DNA of 64,000 nt, taken from positions 1-64,000 of the forward strand of contig AP026144.1 in the NCBI GenBank assembly GCA_030295235.1, in the 5' to 3' direction. Positions 53,884-64,000 of the stretch are shown one piece after another (the stretch's first letter is position 1; each line of letters begins with the position of its first letter). The DNA is from Fistulifera solaris (lineage: Eukaryota). A program made the translations under genes and the position numbers. The notes beneath the pieces were generated by a model. The model was not told where the DNA came from. It made no database searches and saw nothing but the letters and a program-made list of their open reading frames with translations.

Positions 53884-56800
53884 ATGACAACGCAGACGCT
53901 TTCGGTCGACACATCGGCGACGCAACCAACAAGGGAAGACAAATCAAAGCAATCCAAAATGATTCCAAGTCCTCAACACAGCTTATTATCGCCTTTTTCG
54001 GATGACATGAACGAGATTTTGGCACCTTCTATGGATGATGATGAATACGCGACTCTGATCGATCATCCGAGTACCTTTTTGAACCATTATGCCAGCTCGT
54101 TCTCCATCAACAATACTTTTCCGTAGATGAATCCATTCTTCGACGTGTGGAGCAGGAAATATCTGCCGCAAGAGGAGAATCCGGCAAGGATAGCTTGAAA
54201 CACATCATTTTAAATAGTACTATCAGCAATGATGACATGGCGCAGATCTTACAGACTCTCTCGTCAACCGACAAGGAGGAATCGGAGGATCGAAACCCAC
54301 AAGCAGCTCTGGATCGTAACGATTTGTGTCTCAGTGACAATGCACAACGCATGGAGGTAGAAAGTCAATCGTCATTTGATCGTGTCATGGATATGATTGA
54401 TAGTGAATTCAAAGATTCTGTCAGCGCGGTTGGGGAAATATCTTTGGAAAAATTGAGCTCGTTCTTCATCAAGAAGAAGAAGACGCTCAGGAGGTTAATC
54501 AAGCAAAGCCGTGTCCTCTTTCCAAAGAAAACGAAGATTTACCCTCGACGCGTGACATTATGGATGGATTTGTCGAATTGTTGAGTCAGGGGTTGATGGG
54601 AGTTAAGATAGGAGAGCAGCAAGAGGATAGCCCTAAAAAAGTAAAAGAGCTCGAGCAGTCAGATGTGCGCAAACAAAGTGATGATGATGTACAAGATTTA
54701 GCCGTCGCTGATGCCGGTCCTTTGTCAAAGGCACGACATGAAATGGAAGCGGTTGAACACGTTTCTCGAAATGAGGTGCCCAGTGAAATTACAGGCAACT
54801 CTTATCATGAAAGTGTTGCCAGCGATCACAGTGACGAAGAGCAAGCTGTTGCCAAATGGGCACAACTTCTGGCGGAGTCTTCACCTGAAGGAGACGACGT
54901 TGTGTCATCAACAATTGCTGGAGAAGATGACGAGGCGTCGACACACTTTTCTGCCGTAGAGCCCGACGACGTGTCAACAACAGGGTGTGGTGATGAGTCG
55001 GCAACTTTCACGGCAACGAAGGACATTGAGTCCGACAGGGCCACGAAGAGTATTATTCAGCTCGAGAGCACCGCGACATCCCCCCGTAATGTCAAGGCTT
55101 TAACGAACGCAACCGAGCAAGAAGCCGATTGGGCAGCAACGACAAAGACACAATCAGTAGGGGTCACAATTATGACAAACGACGTCGTTGTTCCTGCAAC
55201 ACCATCAGACAATGTGCAGGAAGCTGACGAAGTTACTCCAGCGCCGGAAGCACCGCCAGTAGAAATTGAAAAAGACGACAACGAAGCACTTACTGTTGCT
55301 ACACAGACCGCGCTATCAGTAGAAAAATCACCTGGAGGTGGCAATGGTACTGCGAAAACAACAATAGAAACAGACGAATCAAATCCAGCTCAGCCAGCCA
55401 CACCGGAAAGTACCCAAGAAGATAGCAAGCCGACTCCGCTGGAGAAGATTCCGGAAGAGAAATGTGTGAACGCAGTCTCCACTAAGCCACCACTCGCCCC
55501 TTCTCCTCGTCTATACAGCGGGATGGGTTCACCGTCCTTGATGTCAAGAAGTCTTCGAGAAGCTCGGATGTTTTTTACTCAACGGGAAGCAAAACATATG
55601 GAGAAAGACACAAATGAACAGCTCCTTGAAAGTGATGACGAGCAATCTCTATTGATATCTTCTCGGAAACTGCGCTTTCGCAAAAGTTTTCCTGTCCTAA
55701 AGCCTGCTCGGGGTCCACGAGTGAATGAAAAAATCATCCAATCTCATTCTCATGGAATACCCTCCCGGCCAACAATGTGGGTCAAGCCCCAAGCAGAGTT
55801 GAAGCAGTTGATTGTTGCGGCTATGGGTACATCTCTACAACGGCGCTCGAATGCATGCGGGGCGCTCAAAGTTCTTTCATTAAATAAAAAGAATCAATTG
55901 TCCTTGGCAAGAACGGATACATTTTTGACAGCCCTAGTTTTTGCCATAAGCCAAGAAATCTCTGATACTGATCATGACATTGCAACCACAGCCCGAGTTC
56001 GCGCCTTGACCTGTCTAAGGAATGTTTGTCGTCCGAAGGAGAACCGAGTTCATGCTTTCACTCAGCCAGGGCTGATGGAATGCCTCATTAATGTGATCAA
56101 TGAAGATAAAGGAGAGAGCCGAGTTCTGGCATGCTCTACGTTGGCACTCCTTGCAAAGTCTGCAGAGTGCCGCGAAGGTCTTGGAATTATGAATGGCTTG
56201 GTCGATTGCTTGTCGCGCGTTGTTGGACAAATTGCCTCGACGTTAGAACACGATGAAGAGCGTGAAGCCGTCGACAATGTGGATGATAGCTCCTCGGAAA
56301 GCGACGCCGATACATCCAGTGATAGCGATTCTGAATCGTCTGCTGAATCATCTGCCGAATCTTCTACTGGCTCGTCGGAGTCTTCCGAGGCATCTGATGG
56401 TGATGAGAGCAGCTTAGAGTCAAATGACAATGACGACAGTGATACAAAGACAGTCGTAGTGGATACTGATATTGAAAAACTACACCAAGACGCGCGACTG
56501 AACGCTTGCGCTGTTCTCGTTCATCTATCTCGATCATGCGCTATTTCGGTACGTTTATTGGTTACATACAGACACGCGTGATTCTCCACTATTGTACTAA
56601 CGAACCTGGTCCCGTTTTACCAGCACGTTCTGGCGAAAAACAAACTATTGGTGCGGACATGTGTCAAAGTAATGGTGGAGATTATGAACCCAGTTCATAG
56701 CAAATGCCTGGAGATTTTGAGGAATCTGACACTTCTTCCCAGCAACTGCTCAATATTATCTCATGCGGATGGAGTAATCACCAGTTTTGCCGCGAGCGCC

Positions 56801-57214
56801 AATTCCCAATACCCCGAGAACCGAATCTCGGCTCTTCGAGGTCTTCAAAATCTGTCGGGTGATCCTTCCAGTAAATCTGTTTTGACCAGCACTCATGTCC
56901 TCCACTTGCTCACTTCCTGTGCCATTCGTAGTGATCCCAACGAAAAAGAAGCCGCTGTAGCGACCTTATACAACATCACTACCGAACCGAGCACAGTCGT
57001 AGCCATCACCAACACTCGCAACGTGATTGCAACGTTAGTTCATATCGCTCATCATGCGGAGACGGCTTCGCACGTGCGTTTGTTAGCATGTGAAGCCCTC
57101 GCCACGACCAGTTTGTGGTTGCAAACACTCGCTGGAACTGGAACGTGTCCCGAAAATGTACCGAATGTTCTTTTGCCGTCTCACAAGACGTACGGGTGGG
57201 AACGCTGGAATTAA
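53884..57214 (+). CDS. Armadillo-repeat protein with long acidic disordered N-terminus; frameshifts in the 5' part, intron 56549-56623
   Basis: ARM-like units NACGALKVLS, RALTCLRNVC, ACSTLALLA, ALRGLQNLS, AVATLYNIT; the intron joins the last two ORFs in frame. Confidence 0.75.
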
Positions 57215-57517
57215 TTTTATTTTGTATAATGAAACGTAGATGTGTCATGATAACATTATTTTAACTGTAACTGGTACCAGGTAAACGGGCGCCTAATTTG
57301 ATTCTTCATTATTTGTAAAACTATCGCTTTGCTGGCAGTCCCGAACAGCGACAATCATTTTTGAGTCACGTGACACGTGACACCGAGTGCCGCCAGCAAA
57401 AACGCAATGAAAGTGAAAAGAGAAAAGGAAATACTCCTAACAAAAAGGCAATGCGATGATAAACAATGATACTACTTACTGGTAAGATGAATGTGAAAGG
57501 GCCGATCTCAATCAACA

Positions 57518-58483
57518 ATGAATCTCGTGGCTTGCAATATCTACATAACAGCAGGGAGACTGCCGCAACACATCCCAGTGCTTTTGAATTTATTGCAACA
57601 GGCACAAACGCAATGTCGTGACGATCCCAACGTTGTCGTCGTCGTACATGCCTTTGCAGATCGAATCTACAATCGTACATCCTTTCATTTTGCTGCCAAA
57701 TCAGCTAACAGTCTAGTTTCAGTTACATCCGCATTGGCAAAAACAGCCTTGTAGGAGTTTCAACATCAGCAGCAGCGAACAATGAAAGAAACACCCACAA
57801 CAAATTCCAAGTACCGGTACTTTCATCCGCATGTAGGTGTGGTAGATCACATCTCTGTCATGTCTCTTGCCGAATCCCAAGACATGAACACAAACATTAC
57901 GTGTCGTGCTGCTACCGAAATGACGCAATCGGCTCACGAGATTGGAAAACGATTGGAAGACATGGGTCAGATCGTTCATTACTACGGTCACGCTCATCCC
58001 GACAATCATTCTCTAGCGCAAGTTCGTCGAGAAAAGACATCGTTTTTTCATCATGAAAAGAATGATACGAGTAACTACTCGCAATCGAAGGAAACGCAGT
58101 CGGGAATATGCCTCGTCGGCGTCCCGAAACAGTTTGTCGAGAACTACAACGTGCGTGTACTATGCTCTGGCAAATCCCTCGTCAGCCGGACTTTGACACA
58201 ACGTTTGAGAGAATGTGATGGAGGCATTGTTGGCGTAGAAGCCTTGACGCTGCCTTATGGTGACGGTTGCTGGGAGGTAGCGATGAATCTTTTGCTTCCA
58301 AATTTGGTTCCTTCTATTCAACAAATTGTAAGTGAATGGAAGGAGGGTACATTGCTGAAAGAATATCAGGTTGGAACCACTCTCGAGCAATGTCAAAGAT
58401 GTTTGCAGATGGAGGACCGAGAAAGTCACGATGCATTCGTGATGAAGCAGCTTGAAATGTATTTGGAGTCCTCCGATTGCTGA
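57518..58483 (+). CDS. Glutamate formiminotransferase-like (FTCD N-terminal) protein with an in-frame TAG at 57752-57754
   Basis: LVACNIYI, HAFADRIYNRTSF, HPHVGVVDHI, YNV, GVEAL.L, EVAMNL; both ORFs are in the same frame. Confidence 0.85.
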
Positions 58484-59042
58484 GGCGAGAGCCAGATATA
58501 CCAGTAAGTACATCGCAATTCACTTTTTCGACACAGAAATACCCCAAGGAGGATAATAAGTAGTCGTCTGGATTGAAACCAACTCTCATAACTAACGGCG
58601 AACGACATTACCACTCGATGTGACAAAGGCTAGTATCTTGACTCAATCTTTCTAGGTACATCGTAAAATAGTGCATTATTTGCAATAAACTGAGAGGGAA
58701 TAGTTTTTGTGGAAGCTGTCGCTTTTTCATGAAGTTTTTGGGAAGTAAGCGCAATCTTTTGCATTTATCAAACTGTACAAGCTACAACCCAAAATCTAGA
58801 GACGGGAGGGAATGTTATACGACTGCCGATATAGTGCTGAGTCATGAAGCACACGTCACTCCCTTCTTTCCTCTTTCGTCGTCGTTTTTCGCGTGCGGAT
58901 CTTTTTCGAGCGTAAAAGCTTCGAATCATCTCGAAGCAAAGTTTATGTTCGTATTCTCATTGCTGCTCGTTGTGAATCTTTTGTGCTTGAAACATTTTCT
59001 TTTGTTAGCCCTTTTAAGCGCAGAAACAGCACGCAAATAACC

Positions 59043-60665
59043 ATGTCGTCACAGGAGGATGCTGAAAAGCTACTGAAAGAAACGGCTTATTTCAAAGAGG
59101 CACCCAAAGCCTTCGTTCAAGAGCTTGCTCGACATATGAAATGCCTCAACGTCAAAGACGGCCACAATTTCTTTGAAGAAGGAGAGGAAATTCACAGTGT
59201 TCTTATTTTAGAAGAGGGGATGCTTGTTCGCACGAAAATGTCCGTCGATGAGAGCGACGTCGCCGAATTACGCAGCAGTCTGCGTGAAATGCCTTTGGAG
59301 CACAGCGAATCAGCAAGTAGTGACGATTCGTCTGTGTTAATTGACATGATCAGCGGACGCGCGCAAGTCACGGGATTGCTGCACAATTTCAAAGCGGGGG
59401 CTGTAGCGTACGCGACAGTATCTGCGAAAGGATCTGTCAAAGCTTGGTTGATCGAGGGCGAAAAGTTTCGCGAGGCTATCACAAAAGAACCCACATATGC
59501 CTTGGAGATGATGTCGGCCTTATCTCGAGAACTTCGGGTCGGTACCAAGTCACTACAGGCGTTGGTGCGTCACAGCAAGGCTGGTCATCGAGAAGGAAAC
59601 GCGACATCAGAGCAAAAAGTGTGCAAAGTCTTATGCTATGATGCAACGAGCTGGACGATTGAGGGATTTCAACCGGCGATTGAAGAGTTCAACAAGCAAC
59701 ACGAACAAGAAGGTATCTCTATCGAGATGGAGTTTACGACGGAACGGTTGTCCGAGCATAGTGCAATATTTGCCGCTGGATACAGTGCCGTATGCCTGTT
59801 TGTCAACGATACGGCGAACAGCAATGTCATTCAAACATTGAGTGTCTTGGGAGTTCGCATGATTGCCATGCGTTGTGCCGGCTTTGATCGTGTCGATACA
59901 AAAGCAGCTCGTGCGTTTGGATTGACTGTCGCTCGTGTCCCGGCGTATTCTCCATATGCCGTGGCTGAAATGGGAATTGCCTTGTTGATGAGTGTAAATC
60001 GCAAGATTCATCGAGCGAACAACCGCGTTAGGATGGCGAACTTCACGTTGGACGCCGGTTTGATGGGTGTGGATATACACGGCAAGACAGTGGGTGTCAT
60101 GGGAACGGGCAAGATCGGAGCCATTTTGTGCAGTATTCTACGGGGATTTGGTGCCAATGTCATCTGTTACGACGTGCACGAAAATCCAGAAGTTATTGAA
60201 AAAGGTGCGATCTACGTCAGTAAGGAAGAGATACTGAGCCAGTCGGATATCCTTTTTTTGATGATGCCATTATTGCCCCCAACGAAACACACCATCACTT
60301 TTAATACGCTGAAGCTGCTCAAGAAGGGTATGATTTTGATTAATACGAGTCGCGGTGGCCTAATTGATACCAAGGCACTACTGAAGGGACTGCAGGACGG
60401 TACAATTGCGGGAGCCGGACTGGATGTGTACGAGAACGAGCAAGAGTATTTCTTTCAGGACTGGTCAGCTAAAACAGTTACAGACGCCGACCTTGTTGCC
60501 TTACTCGGAAATAACAAGGTTGTATTAACCGCTCATCAAGCATTCTTCACACAAGAAGCCGTGGATAAGATTGTGAGTGATACGATTCAGAATCTGACGG
60601 ATTATTACCATTCCAACAAGTCGGGTCTCCGTCATCCAAATAATTGTATTCCCGTTCATCATTAG
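59043..60665 (+). CDS. ldhA: D-lactate dehydrogenase (LdhA-type) with N-terminal cyclic-nucleotide-binding-fold domain
   Basis: VCLFVND, RCAGFDRVD, RVPAYSPYAVAE, GVMGTGKIG, INTSRGGLID, DVYENE, HQAFFT; N-terminal FEEGE...ILEEG...ATVSA...LIEGEKFRE. Confidence 0.92.
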   Translation: MSSQEDAEKLLKETAYFKEAPKAFVQELARHMKCLNVKDGHNFFEEGEEIHSVLILEEGMLVRTKMSVDESDVAELRSSLREMPLEHSESASSDDSSVLIDMISGRAQVTGLLHNFKAGAVAYATVSAKGSVKAWLIEGEKFREAITKEPTYALEMMSALSRELRVGTKSLQALVRHSKAGHREGNATSEQKVCKVLCYDATSWTIEGFQPAIEEFNKQHEQEGISIEMEFTTERLSEHSAIFAAGYSAVCLFVNDTANSNVIQTLSVLGVRMIAMRCAGFDRVDTKAARAFGLTVARVPAYSPYAVAEMGIALLMSVNRKIHRANNRVRMANFTLDAGLMGVDIHGKTVGVMGTGKIGAILCSILRGFGANVICYDVHENPEVIEKGAIYVSKEEILSQSDILFLMMPLLPPTKHTITFNTLKLLKKGMILINTSRGGLIDTKALLKGLQDGTIAGAGLDVYENEQEYFFQDWSAKTVTDADLVALLGNNKVVLTAHQAFFTQEAVDKIVSDTIQNLTDYYHSNKSGLRHPNNCIPVHH

Positions 60666-60760
60666 AAGCAAGGAACTACTCGATCAGTTCTTAAAGATTC
60701 GTTTTGTGCATGAAATAAACCTACGTAGTTAATAACTTTACAATACTTCGTACAACAGAC

Positions 60761-63335
60761 TTAATGCGATGTTGTTATCGATAGCTCTTCATCCTTTCCC
60801 GGAGAGATCGAAGTCGATTTGACGTTCTCAGGACCAAACATCGACAGAACAACAGGCAACAAAATCAGCCCATGGGTAGCACCCAACAGAACCAATCCTA
60901 AGAATGCGACAAACACGGTACCAAAAATTTCGCTTGTGCTGAACGCTAGGGGTAAGATGCCCAGAAAAGTCGACGCGGCCCCGATGAGAATTGAAGCACC
61001 CATGGTGCGAAGAGTCTCGGTTACCTTCTGGCTGCGGCTACCTTTTGCCTCGTAATAGCGAACAAGTACATGGACAATATAATCAACCGTCAGTCCGATT
61101 GACATCACCAACGTTACGTAGCTGACAGGATTGACAGCTTTCCCGAACCACTGCAGCCAGCCGAGAAGTTCCACATAAAGGACACACACCAGGGGCAAGA
61201 TGAAAACGGCAGCAGACCAATGCGGGATAAGCAATAGCGCAATGCCTGTTACAGCAACAACACCGGTGATGGTTGTAAGAATGAGCTCGTTCACAGAGAC
61301 AGAGTAAAACTCCCAAATGTCATACACGCCATCGTATGTGAAGAAAAACCAATCGTCACTTCCTTGATTGATGGGCTGTGAGCTGGTTACGTCGCGCTGA
61401 CTCTCCAAAGCATCAATCTGCTCCTTAACGTTTTCGATATCAACATTATCCATGTTAATCGAGCATCGAGATTCGCGAATATTTCCCGTCTCATCCAACA
61501 CAATATGATCTGCATACAATTCCCGGTACACTGGATCTTGGAGAAACAATTCCAATTGCTGGGAAAACGTCAGCCCTGTGACACTATCTTCAGCCGCAAA
61601 AAACTTGAAATCGCGTAGCCAAAAGAAGTCGGGGCCCGTTTCGATAGCGTCGATCGATACAAGCTCTTCGATGTATCTCTCCATTTGGTCTTGAATCACA
61701 GGATCTGACTGGTCAACACCGCGGAAGTACACCGCAGGACTCACAGACGAGCGAACGGAGCGCTCATTATAAGCATTGAAGAAATCGGCGACGTATGAAT
61801 CATTCGGAACAACTTCTGTGAACTTAAACTCCTGCTTCAGCTTAGAAGCACTGAATGCGCTGGCAATAGCCAATGCGGTAAAACCAACAATCACGACGCC
61901 TTTCACTACTGGCTTCATGAGGCACTCAGCATAGCGGCCCATCAGCTCCGTCGCAAAATCCTCTAAATCGTTATGTTCGCCGTCCGACTCGCATTGATCA
62001 TCGCGGGCTTTAAAGCATACTAGGCAATCGCGACGTCGATCCGCAATCCTTTTCTCATCCACCACAATGCACCCAACAAAGAAAGTGAGCTGGAACATGA
62101 GAACGATGAAGATGGTGAAACAAGCGTAGAGGCAGAGCCAGAAAACGGCCGGCACGCTCGAAAGGCAACCCAAGCCAAAGGCCAGCGTGGAAGTGAGTGT
62201 TGTCAGGACTATGCTCATACCAATGTCATCCATGGTGTCGAGAATACGATCAACGGGCGTCTTTGACTTGTCGGATCGGCTGAAGGCACCGCTAATGATA
62301 AATGCATCATCAAGGCCAATGCCAAAAAATGATAAAGGGCAATATCTGGGTCATCGATGTGAAAGGAACTTCGCACACAAACATAAATCCGAATCCACAA
62401 AGTAAACTGAGCATGACAGAGACGACGGCACCGAATCCGACAAGACTCTGAGAGTAGACCCAGTTGCGCTGCGCGAAAGCTACGCAACAAAAGATTGACA
62501 TAATAATGAAGATAGCAGGAACCAACGGAATGTCTGCTACAATAGCTCGACCGAATTCATCATCAAAAGAACGCTCCGCTTGAACTTCCAAACGTAGAGC
62601 AGTAGACGAACCCCCTTCCCACTCATCGCTGAGTTCAAGGATGACGTCTAATGCATCTTCCTCAAAGTCTTCAGCCTCTGAAGTATCTGGAAGGTCGATT
62701 TGAATCGTAAATGACTCTGCCGAGACTAGTTGCCCCGAAGCATCGCGAACTGGTTTCCCCATAATGTCATTTTCTGAAACGGGGCGTCCGTCCGAGTATA
62801 CTAATGCCGACAAGGCCGCCACGGCGTCCGCATCCGAAGAAACTTGTTCTTGAAAGACAATTGCGGACTCGTTAAAGAAATCAACAATCCCATGCACTTC
62901 ACACTTCTTCGAACCGATGGTGTCTGCGCAGACCTCATTGTATTTCGGAAGCGACCGAACAGCATCCAAGGCCTGAAAGACACGGTCGATTTGGTCTTGA
63001 CCGATGACATTGCCTCCGCGTTGGTGAAAGAACATGACAAAAGGACGAGGTTCTCGAGGAAATCCCGAAACATTGTCGATCCACTTTGAGTGTTGAATGG
63101 GCTTGGAGCTTTGGGGCGTCCAAAGCGCTTCACCATCAACTTCTACTTCAAAGTTGGTGAAGAGACCCAGCACGAAGACACCCAACGAGAGAACAATTAC
63201 TGCCACAATGGTGCGAATAGGATTCCGTGCACTAGCCCCACTGACGACGCGAAGCGAGGTCATTATCGGCCGCCGTGCGTTCTTGACGACGTCTTCCCAT
63301 TTCTGAGCCAAACTTTTGTCTGCTTTTACATTCAT
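60761..63335 (-). CDS. Patched/NPC1-like sterol-sensing RND transporter; one frameshift at A-run 62324-62329
   Basis: PFIIFGIGLDDAFII after repair, SIVLTTLT, MSIGLTVDYIVH, GATHGLILLPVVLS. Confidence 0.92.
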
Positions 63336-64000
63336 TGATATGAGAGGCGATTTTTTGTCGGAGGATTTCTTGATCGTAAAAACGGTGGCTTACCTTTCTG
63401 ATTTTCCGACATCTTATTGCAGAAACTTGATGCTGAATACTCTCTATAATACCTTGCAAGATTTTCTTTCAAGCAATAGAACAATTTGTGAGATAAAGAT
63501 GCATGATCCCCAAGTCTTTTATCAATGCAATGTGTCTTTCGTCGCAATTGGATCTCTGAATTCTCAGGAACAACACGTTTTACATTTCGAAGCTCCAGGA
63601 ACCGCTCGCTTGCTCGCTTCGATGGTTTTGACGGCTCCATAAAGTCTCTGGGCTACTTTAAAGCTTATACAGACGTCTTCCCACGTGTTGGCAGTACATA
63701 GTTTCTGATAATTCGACGTCACTTGTGACTTGTGAAATGAGTGACTGGTATCATTGTATCATGGTGCGACAAAAATTTCTATGGTGGTTGGAGTCAAAGG
63801 TCGAAGTGCGATTGCGATGTGTATCCTTCATTTTTCTGTGTTTCAATGGTCTATTGTCTATTCAGACCAGCCCAGTCAAACGTCAAAGGAATTTTAGACA
63901 GTCAGAAACAAAATTTCCCACAAACAAGTTGTCTTTAAAAGATGTTCCAGGAACATGCCGTCTTTTCGGATGGGCAAATTACGTTGCTTCCAACTTCTCT

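Noticed and set aside
63332..63640. Possible upstream exon of the Patched-like gene
   Set aside because: No recognisable motif, and the splice path or frame cannot be established

Overview
Left end of a eukaryotic chromosome, most likely a pennate diatom. This rests on the (CCCTAA)n telomere, compact gene-dense DNA, short GT-AG introns and ASAFAP-like bipartite plastid targeting motifs. The telomere is followed by a subtelomere of about 1 kb (7-mer and 18-mer arrays) and about 25 protein-coding genes. Many long genes are split by +/-1 frameshifts in homopolymer runs, probably long-read assembly errors, so gene models were rebuilt by hand. The most striking results are unusual multi-domain proteins that appear once frameshifts and introns are resolved: (1) Set2-type SET + Tudor + cyclin + CDK-like pseudokinase; (2) UTP6 apparently spliced in-frame to a JmjC + degenerate SET module; (3) SWR1 with 5 acidic repeats, a 5-nt micro-exon and a C-terminal WW/F-box/beta-helix; (4) D-lactate dehydrogenase with an N-terminal cyclic-nucleotide-binding fold, in the same window as an H-NOX guanylyl cyclase; (5) a BPI/TULIP-like domain fused to a PqiA/LetA-like permease. 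All domain calls come from motif recognition by eye. No database searches were run, so novelty is untested.
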